Assembly: GCA_963664405.1 (NCBI GenBank)
Contig: OY761158.1
Location: 768,001 to 832,000 of the forward strand
Origin: Thermoanaerobaculia bacterium
GTDB lineage: Bacteria > Acidobacteriota > Thermoanaerobaculia > Multivoradales > Multivoraceae
Length of the DNA stretch: 64,000 nt
Direction: 5' to 3'
The position numbers and the translations under genes are program-made. The notes beneath the pieces are model-generated. The model worked only from the letters and a program-made list of their open reading frames with translations, searched no databases and was not told where the DNA came from. Numbering within the stretch: the stretch's first letter is position 1; the number at the start of each line of letters is the position of its first letter. This document shows positions 31,238-42,479 of the stretch, one piece after another.

Positions 31238-32340
31238 GAGTGGCGCTTGCGAAACTCGATCATGAAGTGCTGCAAGGCCTCGACACCCTCGAGCGGCATC
31301 GCGTTATAGACCGAGGCACGGATTCCGCCGACTGAGCGATGTCCTCGCAGTTGAGTAAAGCCTCTACGCTGACCCTCTTCGAGGAATGTCTTCTCGAGCT
31401 CGCGCGCCCCCAGACGGAAGGTGACGTTCATCTGCGAACGGCTCTCAGGCTCAGCGTGGCCTTCATAGAAGCCCCCTTCCTGGTCCAAAACATCGTAGAG
31501 GCGCTGCGCCTTCGCTCGATTGTGCTCGGCGAGGGCCTCTAGTCCTCCCATTTCCTTTTCCAACCAGCGCGTGATCAGGAGGAACACGTAAATGGCAAAG
31601 ACCGGAGGCGTATTCAGGAGACTCTTCTGCGCCGCGATCTGTCGATAATCGAGCATGCCGTGGAGGTCGGCAGGGACCTGCTCGAGCAAACTCTCATGCA
31701 CGATCGCCAAGGTCAGGCCGGCAGCGCCGGCGTTCTTCTGAGCACAGGCGAAGAGAAGCCCGTAGCGCTCGATCGGAATCGGCCGCGACAGGAAGTCCGA
31801 CGAAGCGTCACATACCAGCGGCGCTCCCCCGGTCTCGGGCTCCTGGCTCCACTGCACGCCTTGAATGGTCTCGTTGGAGGTGAAATAGACATAGGCGGCC
31901 CCGGGGTCCAAGCTCAGCTCGCTACCGGTAGGGACACGCCGAAAGCCCTCCTCTTCGCCGATCCACGCCAAGTCGACCTCGCCTTCACGGCGGGCCTCCA
32001 CAATCGCCTTCTTGCCCCAAGAGCCGGTGAGGATGTACTGCGCGGCGGATTGCCGACCGCGAAGCAAGTTCATGGCGATCATCGAGAACTGCAAGCGGGC
32101 GCCACCTTGCATGAACAGAACGCGGTAGTCGGCAGGGATCGAGAGCAGACGACGGAGATTTTCCTCGGCTTCCGCCAAGATCTCATCCATCGTCCCCGAG
32201 CGATGACTGATCTCGAGAACAGACGCACCGGCTCCTGGATACGAGAGTAGATCTCGCTGGATCTCCCTCAGCACCGGCAGCGGCAGCGCCGCGGGCCCGG
32301 GCGAGAAGTTGTATACGCGCTCGAGGGCCTTGTCGTGCAC
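31234..32340 (-). CDS. serC: Phosphoserine aminotransferase
   Basis: YNFSPGPA, EISHRS, QGGA, SNETIQG, AQKNAG, NTPP, SRSQMNV, GHRSVGGIRASVYNA; GGAGG RBS before GTG at 32340. Confidence 0.97.
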   Translation of the reverse strand: MHDKALERVYNFSPGPAALPLPVLREIQRDLLSYPGAGASVLEISHRSGTMDEILAEAEENLRRLLSIPADYRVLFMQGGARLQFSMIAMNLLRGRQSAAQYILTGSWGKKAIVEARREGEVDLAWIGEEEGFRRVPTGSELSLDPGAAYVYFTSNETIQGVQWSQEPETGGAPLVCDASSDFLSRPIPIERYGLLFACAQKNAGAAGLTLAIVHESLLEQVPADLHGMLDYRQIAAQKSLLNTPPVFAIYVFLLITRWLEKEMGGLEALAEHNRAKAQRLYDVLDQEGGFYEGHAEPESRSQMNVTFRLGARELEKTFLEEGQRRGFTQLRGHRSVGGIRASVYNAMPLEGVEALQHFMIEFRKRHS

Positions 32341-32386
32341 TCGCTTACCTCCAGGCACGAGAGAGTATAGGAGAGCGGACCGGGGT

Positions 32387-33469
32387 TCAACGGCCTTCGA
32401 GCTGGGAAAACGGAACCCGCTCTTCCAAATTCGCACGACGCTCCTCGCGGTCGAGTTTGGAGAGATCACGGACGCCGGCGTAGAAGCCCTCGAGATCTCC
32501 TCCGTAGCTCTCGAGCAGCGCCTCGAAAGCGGGCACCAATTCGCTATAGGCGCCTACCGAAGCGAGGTGAGCGTTGTTGAGATCCCGAGCGAACCAGCTG
32601 TCATAGCCGGCATAGTCACCCCAGCTCGCGCGAAGCTCCGCGTACTCTTCTTTCAAGGCGGCGAAGACATCCTGCTTGCCGGCCCTCTTGGCGTCCTCAG
32701 TCGACTCCATCGAGTAGAGACTCTCCAGCCTCGCTCGATGAGCTAGCACCAACTCGGAGAACTGGCGTCCTCGCTCGCGCCGCTGGCGCGACTCGGCGAG
32801 CTCCGCGAGCGCACCCCTCTGTCGCAGATAGCGCTCCAACCCTTCCAGCTCGACGGCGGTGGCAAAAGACTCGTTGAAGGAGGTATCGCCCTTGACATAG
32901 ACCACTTGATGGGCGAGCTCGTGAAATATGAGACCCGCCAGCCGGGCTTCGTCCCAATGAATGAAAGTGGAGAGAAGAGGGTCGCGAAACCACCCCAGGG
33001 TCGAATAGGCAGCGATCCCCTCGACCGAGATGTCGTGTCCTGTCTTTGTGAGCTTGGCAGCGAATCGCTCTGCGCCGCGACGCGAGAAGTAGCCCCGGTA
33101 CGACACGCAGCCCGCCACCGGGAAGCACCACACCACCGGATTCACCGACAGCTCGGGCGCGGCAACCACATTCCACACCGCAAAAGGCCGGTCGAGCTCG
33201 ACGAAGCCTCGATAGCTCCCGTTGTCGGGCAAAGCGAGCTCCGCAGATGCAAAGTCTCGAATCTCGAGTGCTTGCGCGAGCTTCTTACGGGTCTCGGCCT
33301 CCACCGACTTGTCGTCGATCACCGATTCGAGCGACTGGCGCCGCAGGACCATGCCGAGCTGTCCTCGAATCGACTGACCGTAGAAACGGACACTCGAGCA
33401 GCTGAAGGCAAGAGCAGCAAGAGCAAGGGCAGCGGCTAAGAGCGTGCGCGGCAGTCGAGTCGTCACCAA
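32387..33469 (-). CDS. Predicted zinc aminopeptidase (DUF2265-like), probable lipoprotein
   Basis: [38 protein letters not shown]. Confidence 0.88.
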   Translation of the reverse strand: MVTTRLPRTLLAAALALAALAFSCSSVRFYGQSIRGQLGMVLRRQSLESVIDDKSVEAETRKKLAQALEIRDFASAELALPDNGSYRGFVELDRPFAVWNVVAAPELSVNPVVWCFPVAGCVSYRGYFSRRGAERFAAKLTKTGHDISVEGIAAYSTLGWFRDPLLSTFIHWDEARLAGLIFHELAHQVVYVKGDTSFNESFATAVELEGLERYLRQRGALAELAESRQRRERGRQFSELVLAHRARLESLYSMESTEDAKRAGKQDVFAALKEEYAELRASWGDYAGYDSWFARDLNNAHLASVGAYSELVPAFEALLESYGGDLEGFYAGVRDLSKLDREERRANLEERVPFSQLEGR

Positions 33470-35649
33470 CGATCGACTCCAGGCCTCCCCTCGCCCGCCG
33501 CGGGCTCGAGCAGGGCAATCTTCTCCGCCAGCTGATCAGGATCCGAGATCGGAAGCTCGCAGACGTAGTCGTGGCAGAGATATGCCGTGGCCGGCTCCGT
33601 CACTACGAGCTCTTCAAAGACCGCGAGTCGGCGAGCAAGGTATGACTGCCCCTCGCCCCCGTCCGCCAGCAGTACTACCCGCTGAGGCATCAGACGGCGC
33701 CGCAAGACAGCGAGCAGAGCGGCGGTCGAGTCCGACTCGGCGGCTCCCACCACAATCACCTGTATCGGTCGAGCGAGAACCAGGTCGAGGCCGACGAGCA
33801 TTTGAGGCACCGCGTGGGGGGCCTGATCGAGTAGGGACGAGGCTGCGGCGACGATCTCGGCTCCGCGATCACGCCACTCGGCTCGGCCAAGCATCGAGGA
33901 GAGCCGCAGCAGATTGAGCACGGAGATGGCGTTCCCAGAGGGCTCGGCGCCGTCATAGAGGTCCCTCGTACGCAGCAAGATCGAAGGGTCTTCGGCCGAG
34001 TCGAAGAAGGCGCCGCCTTCAGGATCTGAAAAGAGCTCTATCTGGACCTCCTGCAGCTCTTCGGCCCACTGCAACCAGGCGACGTCGAAATCGCTCTCAT
34101 AAAGGTCGAGCAGTCCCTGGACCAGGAAGGCGTGGTCATCGAGCTGCGCAGAGAAGCGCGCCTCGCCGTCGCGGAAACGGCGAAGCAGTCTCCGCTCCTC
34201 CGCTCGCCACAGATGCTGACGTAAGAAGAGCGCAGCATTGCGCCCCCCCTCCAGATCCTCCGCCCGGCCAAGAGCCTGATAGGCACGAGCGAAGGCCGAG
34301 ATCGTCAGGCCATTCCAGGCACTGATGACCTTGTCGTCCGAATAGGGTCGAGGACGCTGAGCTCGAGCTTCGACCAGCGTCTTCCGGCCGGCCTCGAGGC
34401 TGCCCAGAACCTCCTCCTCCGCGATGCCATGCCGCTCCGCCACCGTGCCCGCATCGCTTGCCATATACAGCACGTTGCGAGTGCCGAACTCTTGCTGAGG
34501 ATCCTGGATGGTGTTGCCTGCGGCACTAACGCCGTAGGTCTCGCAGAAAATCTCGCTCGCGTCTCCCAGGAGACCTTCGACCTCACTGCGCTCCCAAAGG
34601 TAGAAGGCACCTTCTTCCTTGTCGTCGGGGCGCTGCGGATCGGGCGCACTATCGGCATCCTCCGCGGAGCGAAAGCCTCCGCCGGTTGCTTGCATGTCGC
34701 GCCGTAGATAGTCGAGCACCTCTGTTGCCACTCGGGCGAAGAGAGGGTCGCCACAGATCTGGTAGGCCTCGATGAAAGAGATCCCCAGCTGCGCCTGGTC
34801 GTAGAGCATCTTCTCAAAATGGGCGACACGCCAGTAGGCGTCCACCGAGTAGCGATGGAACCCTCCACCCAAGTGGTCATAGATACCCCCCGCCCACATC
34901 TTACGGAGGCTGTCGACCACGATCTCGAGAGCGTCGCCGGCGCCTTCGCCTCCTCTCAACCCATAGCGAACGAGAAAGCCGAATGTCGAGGGCCGAGGGA
35001 ACTTGGGGGCGCTGCCGAAACCTCCCAAGCGACGGTCCCAAGTGTCGCGAAAGTGCCGAAAGCCGGCCTCCAGCGGCAGCGCGGAGGGCTCCTGAGCGGT
35101 CGATTCTCCGGCTGCGCTTTGAGAACGAAGGGCCTCGACGATCTGCTCTGCAGACTCCGTCACCCGCTGAGGCTCCTCGCTCCAAAAGCGATGGAGCCGA
35201 CGGAGAATCTGAGGAAAACCGGGGCGCCCATGACGAGGCTCCGGCGGAAAATAGGTGCCGGCATAGAAAGGCTTGCGCTCTTCGGTGAGCCATACCGACA
35301 GCGGCCAACCGCCACTCCCGGTCAGAGCCTGCACCGTCGACATATAGACGCGGTCGACGTCGGGGCGCTCCTCTCGATCGACCTTGATGTTGACGAAGAG
35401 CTCGTTCATCAGCGCGGCGATCTCGGGGTTCTCGAACGACTCCCTCTCCATGACATGACACCAATGACACGTCGAGTAACCGATCGAAAGAAAGATCGCT
35501 TTGCCCTCCTCTCGGGCGCACGAGAAGGCCTCTTCTCCCCACGGATACCAATCCACCGGATTCCAGGCATGCTGCAAGAGATACGGGCTCTTCTCCGACG
35601 CGAGCCGGTTGGCGGTGCGCTGCGAAGACGTGGAAGATGAGGAGGCCAT
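33463..35649 (-). CDS. DUF255 thioredoxin-domain protein (YyaL/SSP411 family)
   Basis: [58 protein letters not shown]. Confidence 0.95.
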   Translation of the reverse strand: MASSSSTSSQRTANRLASEKSPYLLQHAWNPVDWYPWGEEAFSCAREEGKAIFLSIGYSTCHWCHVMERESFENPEIAALMNELFVNIKVDREERPDVDRVYMSTVQALTGSGGWPLSVWLTEERKPFYAGTYFPPEPRHGRPGFPQILRRLHRFWSEEPQRVTESAEQIVEALRSQSAAGESTAQEPSALPLEAGFRHFRDTWDRRLGGFGSAPKFPRPSTFGFLVRYGLRGGEGAGDALEIVVDSLRKMWAGGIYDHLGGGFHRYSVDAYWRVAHFEKMLYDQAQLGISFIEAYQICGDPLFARVATEVLDYLRRDMQATGGGFRSAEDADSAPDPQRPDDKEEGAFYLWERSEVEGLLGDASEIFCETYGVSAAGNTIQDPQQEFGTRNVLYMASDAGTVAERHGIAEEEVLGSLEAGRKTLVEARAQRPRPYSDDKVISAWNGLTISAFARAYQALGRAEDLEGGRNAALFLRQHLWRAEERRLLRRFRDGEARFSAQLDDHAFLVQGLLDLYESDFDVAWLQWAEELQEVQIELFSDPEGGAFFDSAEDPSILLRTRDLYDGAEPSGNAISVLNLLRLSSMLGRAEWRDRGAEIVAAASSLLDQAPHAVPQMLVGLDLVLARPIQVIVVGAAESDSTAALLAVLRRRLMPQRVVLLADGGEGQSYLARRLAVFEELVVTEPATAYLCHDYVCELPISDPDQLAEKIALLEPAAGEGRPGVDRW

Positions 35650-35748
35650 GGCCTGGCACCTACGGTGCGGCGTCATTGTAGCCCGCGCGGAGACCATGGC
35701 CGGCGCGGGGTCGACCGGCTGCTAGTATCGCCTTTTGCGGAGGCTGGC

Positions 35749-36981
35749 GTGATCTGGAAGCTCAAACTGCACTGGCAGGTCTTCATCGGGATGGGGGCCG
35801 GCGCCTTGGTCGCCATCTTCCTGCCCGATTTCGCCGGTCCCGCCGGCAAGCTCGGCGAGATTTTCCTCCGCCTGCTACGGATGGTGATCGTGCCCTTGAT
35901 CTTCACCTCCATCGTCACCGGCATATCGGGCATCGGCGACCCCCGGACCCTGGGCCGCCTGGGACTCAAGACGCTCGCCTACTACATCACCACCAGTCTC
36001 CTGGCTATCCTTCTCGGCCTGGGTCTGGCCAATATCCTCCAGCCGGGCCGCGGCATGGAGGTGGCGCCCGGCAGCGAGATCAGCGCCGACGAGCTCGAGC
36101 GACCTGGCTCTGTCGCCGAAGTGCTGATCCGGATGATCCCAGCGAATCCCGTTCGGGCGGCGACCGACGGAGACATTCTAGGCCTTATCTTCTTTGCCCT
36201 CGTCTTCGGGCTCGCCATCACCTTCTTACCCGAACGACCTCGCACCTTCTTGACCGACGGTTTCAAAGCCGCTTTCGAGGCCATGATGATCATGACCTCA
36301 GGCATCATCCGGGTCGCCCCGATCGGCGTCTTCGGTCTCATCGCCGGCGCTCTCTCGACGATGGGCTTGAGCGTCTTCGAGCAGGTGGGAAAGTACATGC
36401 TAACCGTCGCCCTCGGTCTGTTGCTCCACTTTGGCGTGATCCTCCCTGCCCTTTTCTTTCTGCTGACGCGAAGAAACCCCCTCGAGCACTACAGAGCGAT
36501 GTTCGCGCCGATGCAGCTGGCCTTCTCCACTAGTTCTTCGTCAGCCACCTTGCCGGCGACCATGAGAGCAGTCGAGACCAACGGAGGCGTCTCCAACAAA
36601 GTCGCCAGCTTCGTGCTCCCGTTGGGAGCCACCATCAACATGGACGGTACGGCCCTCTACGAGTGCGCCGGAGTGCTCTTTATCGCCCAGTCTCTCGGCG
36701 TAGATCTCACCGTCGGCCAACAGATATTGGTCGTGGTCACAGCCCTTCTTGCCTCGATCGGAGCGGCCGGCATCCCTTCGGCGGGCCTGGTCATGATCTT
36801 CATCGTCCTCGATGCGGTGAATCTCGATACCCCAGCCGCCTTCGCCCTCGTCGGCCTCATGCTCGCGGTCGATCGCCCGCTCGACATGTTCCGCACCGTG
36901 GTCAATATCACCAGCGATTCGATCGGTGCGGCCGTCATCGCCCACTCCGAGGGTGAGACGCTGCATTACCGGGATCCGTAG
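35749..36981 (+). CDS. Dicarboxylate/amino acid:cation symporter (GltP/GltT family)
   Basis: FLRLLRMVIVPLIF, AFSTSSSSATLP, PLGATINMDGTALY, ASIGAAGIP, DRPLDMFRTVVN. Confidence 0.95.
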   Translation: MIWKLKLHWQVFIGMGAGALVAIFLPDFAGPAGKLGEIFLRLLRMVIVPLIFTSIVTGISGIGDPRTLGRLGLKTLAYYITTSLLAILLGLGLANILQPGRGMEVAPGSEISADELERPGSVAEVLIRMIPANPVRAATDGDILGLIFFALVFGLAITFLPERPRTFLTDGFKAAFEAMMIMTSGIIRVAPIGVFGLIAGALSTMGLSVFEQVGKYMLTVALGLLLHFGVILPALFFLLTRRNPLEHYRAMFAPMQLAFSTSSSSATLPATMRAVETNGGVSNKVASFVLPLGATINMDGTALYECAGVLFIAQSLGVDLTVGQQILVVVTALLASIGAAGIPSAGLVMIFIVLDAVNLDTPAAFALVGLMLAVDRPLDMFRTVVNITSDSIGAAVIAHSEGETLHYRDP

Positions 36982-36993
36982 GAGACCATAACC

Positions 36994-37857
36994 ATGCCCG
37001 ATCTCGACGACTTTGATCTCCGGGACTCCGACCCGCCGGAATCGCAACTCGAGCAGCCCACAGCGGACAACGACGGGCCTCAGCGCTCCAGCCGGATGCT
37101 GGTGGCGGGGGGAATCGGCATCGTCATCGTAGTCATTGTTGCCTTCTGGGGACTGTCGCGGACAGTCGAGACTCCAGTACCGGAGCAAGTCGTGCGGCCT
37201 GCTCCTGTTGCAGAGCCCACTCCGGCCCCTCCCCCGCGAGTCGAGGTGGCCGCGGCGGACGAAGGACCGCTCCCCGACCTGGAGGACAGCGACGGCCTGG
37301 TAACCGAAATACTTCGGGGCCTTTCGAGCAGTTCCGCCCTCCTTCGCTGGCTCACCGAACCTGGCCTGGTCGAGCGTTTCGTCGCCAGTATCGAAAATGT
37401 CAGCGTGGGCTCCAGCCCCCGCTCGAACCTATCGGCGATGGCGCCCCGGGGGAAGTACCAGGTCCGAAACCGCGACGGTGTTCTCGAGACAGATCCCTCG
37501 AGCTACCAACGCTACAACGTCGTCACTCAAGTCTTCACCAGTCTGAATCCGCAAGCGACGGCGGCGGTATACAAGCGCTTGCGACCGCTCCTTCAAGAGG
37601 CCTTTTTGGACCTCGGCTATCCCGGTCAGGAGTTCGAGGACATTCTCGCTGAAGCCTTCAACACCCTCCTGGAAACTCCCATCCCGGCGAGTCCACCGAC
37701 GCTCGAAGGCAGTGTCGGCATCTACCACTACGCCGACGACGAGCTCGAATCGTCACTCCCTGCCCAGAAGCTGATGTTGCGTATGGGGCCCGACAACCAG
37801 CGACAGATCAAGGCTCAGCTGCGCCGCTTAGCCGCCGCTATCGGCCTCGAGCTCTAG
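36994..37857 (+). CDS. DUF3014-like membrane-anchored protein
   Basis: Single TM, Pro-rich linker, LPDLEDSD, SYQRYN, AFLDLGYP, AQKLMLRMGPDN. Confidence 0.85.
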   Translation: MPDLDDFDLRDSDPPESQLEQPTADNDGPQRSSRMLVAGGIGIVIVVIVAFWGLSRTVETPVPEQVVRPAPVAEPTPAPPPRVEVAAADEGPLPDLEDSDGLVTEILRGLSSSSALLRWLTEPGLVERFVASIENVSVGSSPRSNLSAMAPRGKYQVRNRDGVLETDPSSYQRYNVVTQVFTSLNPQATAAVYKRLRPLLQEAFLDLGYPGQEFEDILAEAFNTLLETPIPASPPTLEGSVGIYHYADDELESSLPAQKLMLRMGPDNQRQIKAQLRRLAAAIGLEL

Positions 37858-37884
37858 AGCTCGGGCTTCCGGGAGGGGAAAGAC

Positions 37885-39795
37885 GTGACGGATCGCAAAG
37901 AAGCGACTCGCTTTACGGAGCAGGCAAACTCGGAGGTCCTCGGAGACTCCGACCTGGACTGGACCGACTCGCGCGATTTCGACTTCGCGAACCGGGGTCT
38001 GGTCTCGCGGGTCGAGAACCTGCGGATCGAGGGAGCTCGAGGCCGAACCGTTTGGAGCCTCGACGACTATGCCTTCCTGGAGCAAGAGGAAGCCCCGCCA
38101 TCGGTCAACCCGAGTCTGTGGCGCCAAGCGCGCCTCAACATGATTCACGGCCTCTTCCAGATCCACGAGCGTATCTACCAGGTTCGCGGCCACGATCTGT
38201 CGGTCGTCACTTTCCTCGTCGGCGACAGCGGTCTGATCGTCATCGACCCGCTGATCTCCGCCGAGACCGCTCGCTCGGCCCTGGCGCTGGTCACCGACCA
38301 CCTCGGCGATCGGCCGGTGGTGGCGGTGATCTACACCCACTGTCACGTCGACCACTATGGCGGCGTCGAAGGAGTGACGACGCGAGAAAATGTGGCCGCA
38401 GGGAGAGTTCGAGTGCTCGCCCCCGAGGGATTCACCGACGCGGCGATCTCTGAGAACGTGATCGCCGGCAACGTGATGACCCGCCGGGCGATGTACATGT
38501 ACGGCAACCTGTTGCCGAAGGACGAAAAAGGCCAGGTCGATGCGGGCCTGGGCAAGACGACTTCGATGGGCAGCGTCTCGCTAATCGAGCCCACCGAATC
38601 GATCGTCGAGACCGGCACCACCAAGAATATCGACGGCATCGAGATCACCTTCCAGGTGACCCCGGACACCGAAGCGCCGGCGGAGATGAACTTCTTCTTT
38701 CCCCAGTTCAACGTCTTGTGCATGGCCGAGAACTGTTCTCACAACCAACACAACCTCTATACCCTTCGTGGTGCACAGGTACGCGACGCTAGAGCCTGGT
38801 CGCACTACATGAACGAGTCGCTCGAGCTCTTTGCCGACCGCTCGGACCTGGTCTTCACCAGTCATCACTGGCCGGTATGGGGAAAGAGTCTCGTGCGCGA
38901 GTACCTCACCAAGCAGCGCGACATGTATCGCTACCTCCACGATCAGACTCTACGTCTGGCCAATCACGGATTGACCATGGACGAGATCGCCGAAGAGATC
39001 GAGCTACCACCGAGCCTCGCCGGCGAGTGGTACAACCGCTCCTACTACGGCAGCGTCAACCACAACTCCAAAGCGGTGTATCAGCGCTACCTGGGGTTTT
39101 TCGACGGCAACCCGTCGAACCTGCATCGGCTGCCGCCGGAGGAAGCAGGCAAGAAATACGTCGAGCTCGCCGGCGGGCCTAACGCTCTTCTCGACCACGC
39201 GCGAGAGGCCTTCGAGCAGGGGCAGTACCGCTGGGTTGCGGAAGTCACCAACCACCTCGTCTTTGCCGACCCTGCAAACGCGGAGGCCCGCAACCTCGCA
39301 GCCGATGCCCTGGAACAGCTCGGTTATCAGGCGGAGCCGGCGCCTTGGCGCAACTTCTATCTCACAGGTGCCCAAGAGCTGCGCGCCTGGGTTCCGCGTG
39401 AGAGCCAACCCTCGAGGAGCGCCCCGGCAAGCAGCATCGTCCGCTCGATGAGTCTCGAGCGTCTCTTCGACTATCTCGCCGTGCGTCTCAACGGCCCCGA
39501 CGCCGAAGGCAAGCGGATCGCAATCGATCTCGAGCTCACCGACACTGGTGAGCGGGCAGGTATTCTGGTCGAAAACTGTGTGCTCAACGCCTCGATCGAA
39601 ACTCTAGGGGGAGCCGCAGACGCGGCGCTGGCCTTGACCCGGCCGGTACTGAACGAAATCGTTCTCGGTCGTACGTCGCTGAGCGAGAAGATCGAGGAGG
39701 GCCAAGCGGCGGTCAACGGCGATGCGGGAAAAATCGAGGACTTCCTCTCCTTGCTCGACCGTTTCGATCGTCACTTCGCCATTGTCACGCCCTAG
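37885..39795 (+). CDS. Alkyl/aryl sulfatase (SdsA1/BDS1-like MBL fold)
   Basis: VNPSLWRQA, YTHCHVDHYGG, TEAPAEM, HNLYTLRGAQVRDA, SHHWP, WRNFYLTGAQEL. Confidence 0.95.
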   Translation: MTDRKEATRFTEQANSEVLGDSDLDWTDSRDFDFANRGLVSRVENLRIEGARGRTVWSLDDYAFLEQEEAPPSVNPSLWRQARLNMIHGLFQIHERIYQVRGHDLSVVTFLVGDSGLIVIDPLISAETARSALALVTDHLGDRPVVAVIYTHCHVDHYGGVEGVTTRENVAAGRVRVLAPEGFTDAAISENVIAGNVMTRRAMYMYGNLLPKDEKGQVDAGLGKTTSMGSVSLIEPTESIVETGTTKNIDGIEITFQVTPDTEAPAEMNFFFPQFNVLCMAENCSHNQHNLYTLRGAQVRDARAWSHYMNESLELFADRSDLVFTSHHWPVWGKSLVREYLTKQRDMYRYLHDQTLRLANHGLTMDEIAEEIELPPSLAGEWYNRSYYGSVNHNSKAVYQRYLGFFDGNPSNLHRLPPEEAGKKYVELAGGPNALLDHAREAFEQGQYRWVAEVTNHLVFADPANAEARNLAADALEQLGYQAEPAPWRNFYLTGAQELRAWVPRESQPSRSAPASSIVRSMSLERLFDYLAVRLNGPDAEGKRIAIDLELTDTGERAGILVENCVLNASIETLGGAADAALALTRPVLNEIVLGRTSLSEKIEEGQAAVNGDAGKIEDFLSLLDRFDRHFAIVTP

Positions 39796-39820
39796 GGGCG
39801 TTTTCCAAGGGAGCGACCAG

Positions 39821-40183
39821 ATGAAAGAAAGCCTGCAGATCGGCCTCAGCGGCGAGAACACCTACACCATCACTGACGACATGGCTCCCCCTCATCTACC
39901 TGCGAAGGTGTTGTCGACGCCGGCCATGGTCGGTCTCATCGAAGGCACCTGCCTGCAGACTGCCCAAGCCCATCTCGACGAGGGCGAGACCACCGTCGGC
40001 GTGCACGTGAACGTCTCCCATACCGGCCCCGCGATGTCCGGAGAGGAAGTGACGGTGAAGGCCAGACTCTCGGAGCTGGACCGGCGGCGTCAGACCTGGG
40101 AGATCGAGGTGCTCTCTCCGCGAGGCTCGATCAGCGAAGGTACCCACAAGCGGGTGGTCGTCGACACCAGCCGCTTCGGCTGA
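39821..40183 (+). CDS. Hot-dog thioesterase (FlK-like)
   Basis: VLSTPAMVGLIEG, TTVGVHVNVSH, EGTHKRVVV. Confidence 0.88.
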   Translation: MKESLQIGLSGENTYTITDDMAPPHLPAKVLSTPAMVGLIEGTCLQTAQAHLDEGETTVGVHVNVSHTGPAMSGEEVTVKARLSELDRRRQTWEIEVLSPRGSISEGTHKRVVVDTSRFG

Positions 40184-40218
40184 GCCAGTCGTTCATCAAG
40201 CTTGTTACCATTCGCCCT

Positions 40219-40719
40219 GTGGAGCATGAAAAGCGGGAGATCCTCCGCCACTTCCTTGCCGCCCTGGCGTACAGAACTCAGAAGGCAGTTCGAGATGCCC
40301 CCGCCTCCTATGCTTCCTTCGAGGCCGGACGAGGGGTTCGCACGCCGCACGACCTCGTGGTGCACATGGACAGCGTGCTCGGCTACGCCCGCACCTTCTT
40401 CATTGGAGGGAGCTATCGCCCTAAGCGAGTTCAGGACTTCGAGGCCCAGGTTCGCCTCTTCCACGACATGCTTCGGAGCCTCGCCGACCACTTGGAACAA
40501 GGCACCCCCTTTGGCGACACAACCCCGGAACGGATGCTCCAGGGACCTTTCGCCGATGCGATGACCCACGCCGGCCAGCTCGCGATGCTGCGGCGTCTGG
40601 CTGGAGCTCCGATTCCGCCGGAGAACTTCATTCTCGCGGCGGTCGAGGCCGAGAATCTGGGTCCTGATCAAGCTGCGCCGGTGGCTCCGGACAAAGTCTG
40701 GCCGGAACGAGACCTGTGA
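40219..40719 (+). CDS. Conserved hypothetical protein (DinB-like)
   Basis: LRHFLAALAYR, HM, QGPFADAMTHAGQLAMLRRLAG. Confidence 0.75.
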   Translation: MEHEKREILRHFLAALAYRTQKAVRDAPASYASFEAGRGVRTPHDLVVHMDSVLGYARTFFIGGSYRPKRVQDFEAQVRLFHDMLRSLADHLEQGTPFGDTTPERMLQGPFADAMTHAGQLAMLRRLAGAPIPPENFILAAVEAENLGPDQAAPVAPDKVWPERDL

Positions 40720-41966
40720 GCGAAACCCGACTCTCCCTCTCGCGCGGGTCCGAGGCAGTATTCTTAGTCCTAGCGACACTGATCTGCGTAGGCGCCCAGG
40801 CCGAGGACTGGCCTCAATTCCGCGGACCCACCGGGCAGGGGCACTCGACCGAGACCGGGCTCCCGACCGAGTGGAGCGAGTCGCACAACATAATCTGGAA
40901 GACCGAGGTGGTGGGATCGGGGTGGTCGTCGCCGGTCGTCGCGGACGGACGGATCTGGTTGACCACGGCGGTCGAGGCGGGAGGCGTGTCGCTGCGAGTG
41001 CTCGCCTTCGACGTCGATACCGGCAAGGAGGTCGCGAACCGCGAAGTCTTCAGGCTCGAGGATGCCAAGCTCCTCAACCCAAAGAACAGTCATGCTTCGC
41101 CGACGCCCATTGTCGAAGCCGACTCGATCTATGTTCACTTCGGCGCCGACGGCACGGCGGCTCTGACCACAGCCGGCGAGGTTCTCTGGCAGACCCGCCT
41201 TCCCTATCGCTCGCAGCACGGCAACGGTGGATCCGCGACCCTCTACAAAGACCTCCTGATCGTCAGCTGTGACGGCAGCGACACCGCCTTCGTTGCCGCT
41301 CTCGACAAGCGGACCGGTGAGATCCGCTGGAAGACACCGCGCCGACACCCCATCGCCCAGGCCTACTCGACACCGCTGGTGATCGAGGTTGCGGGGAAAG
41401 ACCAGGTCGTCAGCGTCGGAGCCTTTCGCGTCACCGGCTACGACCCCGCTTCAGGCGAGGAGATCTGGCGCGTGGGCTACAGAGACGGCTTTTCCAACGT
41501 GCCCCGCCCCGTCTACGGCCAAGGCCTCGTTTACATCGCCACCGGCTTTCAGATACCCACGCTCCTGGCCATTCGCCCGGATGGCGAGGGCGACACGACG
41601 AAGACGCACGTCGCCTGGACCCTGAAGCGAGGGGCTCCGCATACCCCTTCCCCGCTCCTTGTCGGCAAGGAGCTCTATGTCGTCAGCGACATGGGCATCG
41701 CCACCTGCCTCGACGCGAAGACCGGGGAAACCCATTGGCAGCACCGGCTCGGCGGCAATTACTCTGCATCGCCGGTCTATGCCGAGGGGCGAATCTACTT
41801 CCAAAGCGAAGCTGGCGCGACGATGGTGATCGAACCAGGCACGACCTTTCGGCAACTGGCGAAGAACGAACTCGACGATGTGACACTCGCCTCGATGGCA
41901 GTCTCGCAGGCGTCGATTTTCATTCGATCTCGCGCTCACCTCTACCGCATAGGAACGCAGAGATAG
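40716..41966 (+). CDS. PQQ-binding-like (BamB-like) beta-propeller protein
   Basis: Signal peptide, DWPQFRGP, GWSSPVV, ALDKRTGEIRW-type repeats. Confidence 0.9.
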   Translation: MSETRLSLSRGSEAVFLVLATLICVGAQAEDWPQFRGPTGQGHSTETGLPTEWSESHNIIWKTEVVGSGWSSPVVADGRIWLTTAVEAGGVSLRVLAFDVDTGKEVANREVFRLEDAKLLNPKNSHASPTPIVEADSIYVHFGADGTAALTTAGEVLWQTRLPYRSQHGNGGSATLYKDLLIVSCDGSDTAFVAALDKRTGEIRWKTPRRHPIAQAYSTPLVIEVAGKDQVVSVGAFRVTGYDPASGEEIWRVGYRDGFSNVPRPVYGQGLVYIATGFQIPTLLAIRPDGEGDTTKTHVAWTLKRGAPHTPSPLLVGKELYVVSDMGIATCLDAKTGETHWQHRLGGNYSASPVYAEGRIYFQSEAGATMVIEPGTTFRQLAKNELDDVTLASMAVSQASIFIRSRAHLYRIGTQR

Positions 41967-42061
41967 CCGCCCAACCGCGATCCGCGGGTGGTAACGTACC
42001 GCCGCTGACGGCTGCAGTGTGTCTCGAGGCAAAATAGCCTCGGTCGAAGAGGAGAAAAAGC

Positions 42062-42337
42062 ATGAATCGATACATCATCGAAAGAGACATTCCCGCAATC
42101 GGAAGCGCCGAACGCGACGACCTACGAGCCGCGGCCCAGAAGTCGAATGAGGCCCTCGCCGAGCTCGGTCCCGACATTCAGTGGGCCGAGTCCTTCGTGG
42201 CCGGCGACAAGACCTTCTGTGTCTATCTGGCGAAGGACGAAGCGATCATCCACGAGCACGCGAGAATCAGCGGCTTTCCGGCTACCAAGGTGACCGAGAT
42301 CCGCAAGATGATCGATCCCACCACCGCCGAAGGCTGA
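42062..42337 (+). CDS. DUF4242 family protein
   Basis: YIIERDIP..DKTFCVYLA..IHEHARISGFPA. Confidence 0.88.
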   Translation: MNRYIIERDIPAIGSAERDDLRAAAQKSNEALAELGPDIQWAESFVAGDKTFCVYLAKDEAIIHEHARISGFPATKVTEIRKMIDPTTAEG

Positions 42338-42479
42338 GCCACAGGCATCAACGAGCCCTTCGAAACAGGATCGAGCCTGGAATCGTCCTAACTCCCTAGA
42401 GGGGTGTTCTAGACTCTCGATTCGACTTTTCCCACCGAAGTCGAACTTCGCTCCCTGATCTGCGTAAGAAAGTTCGTCG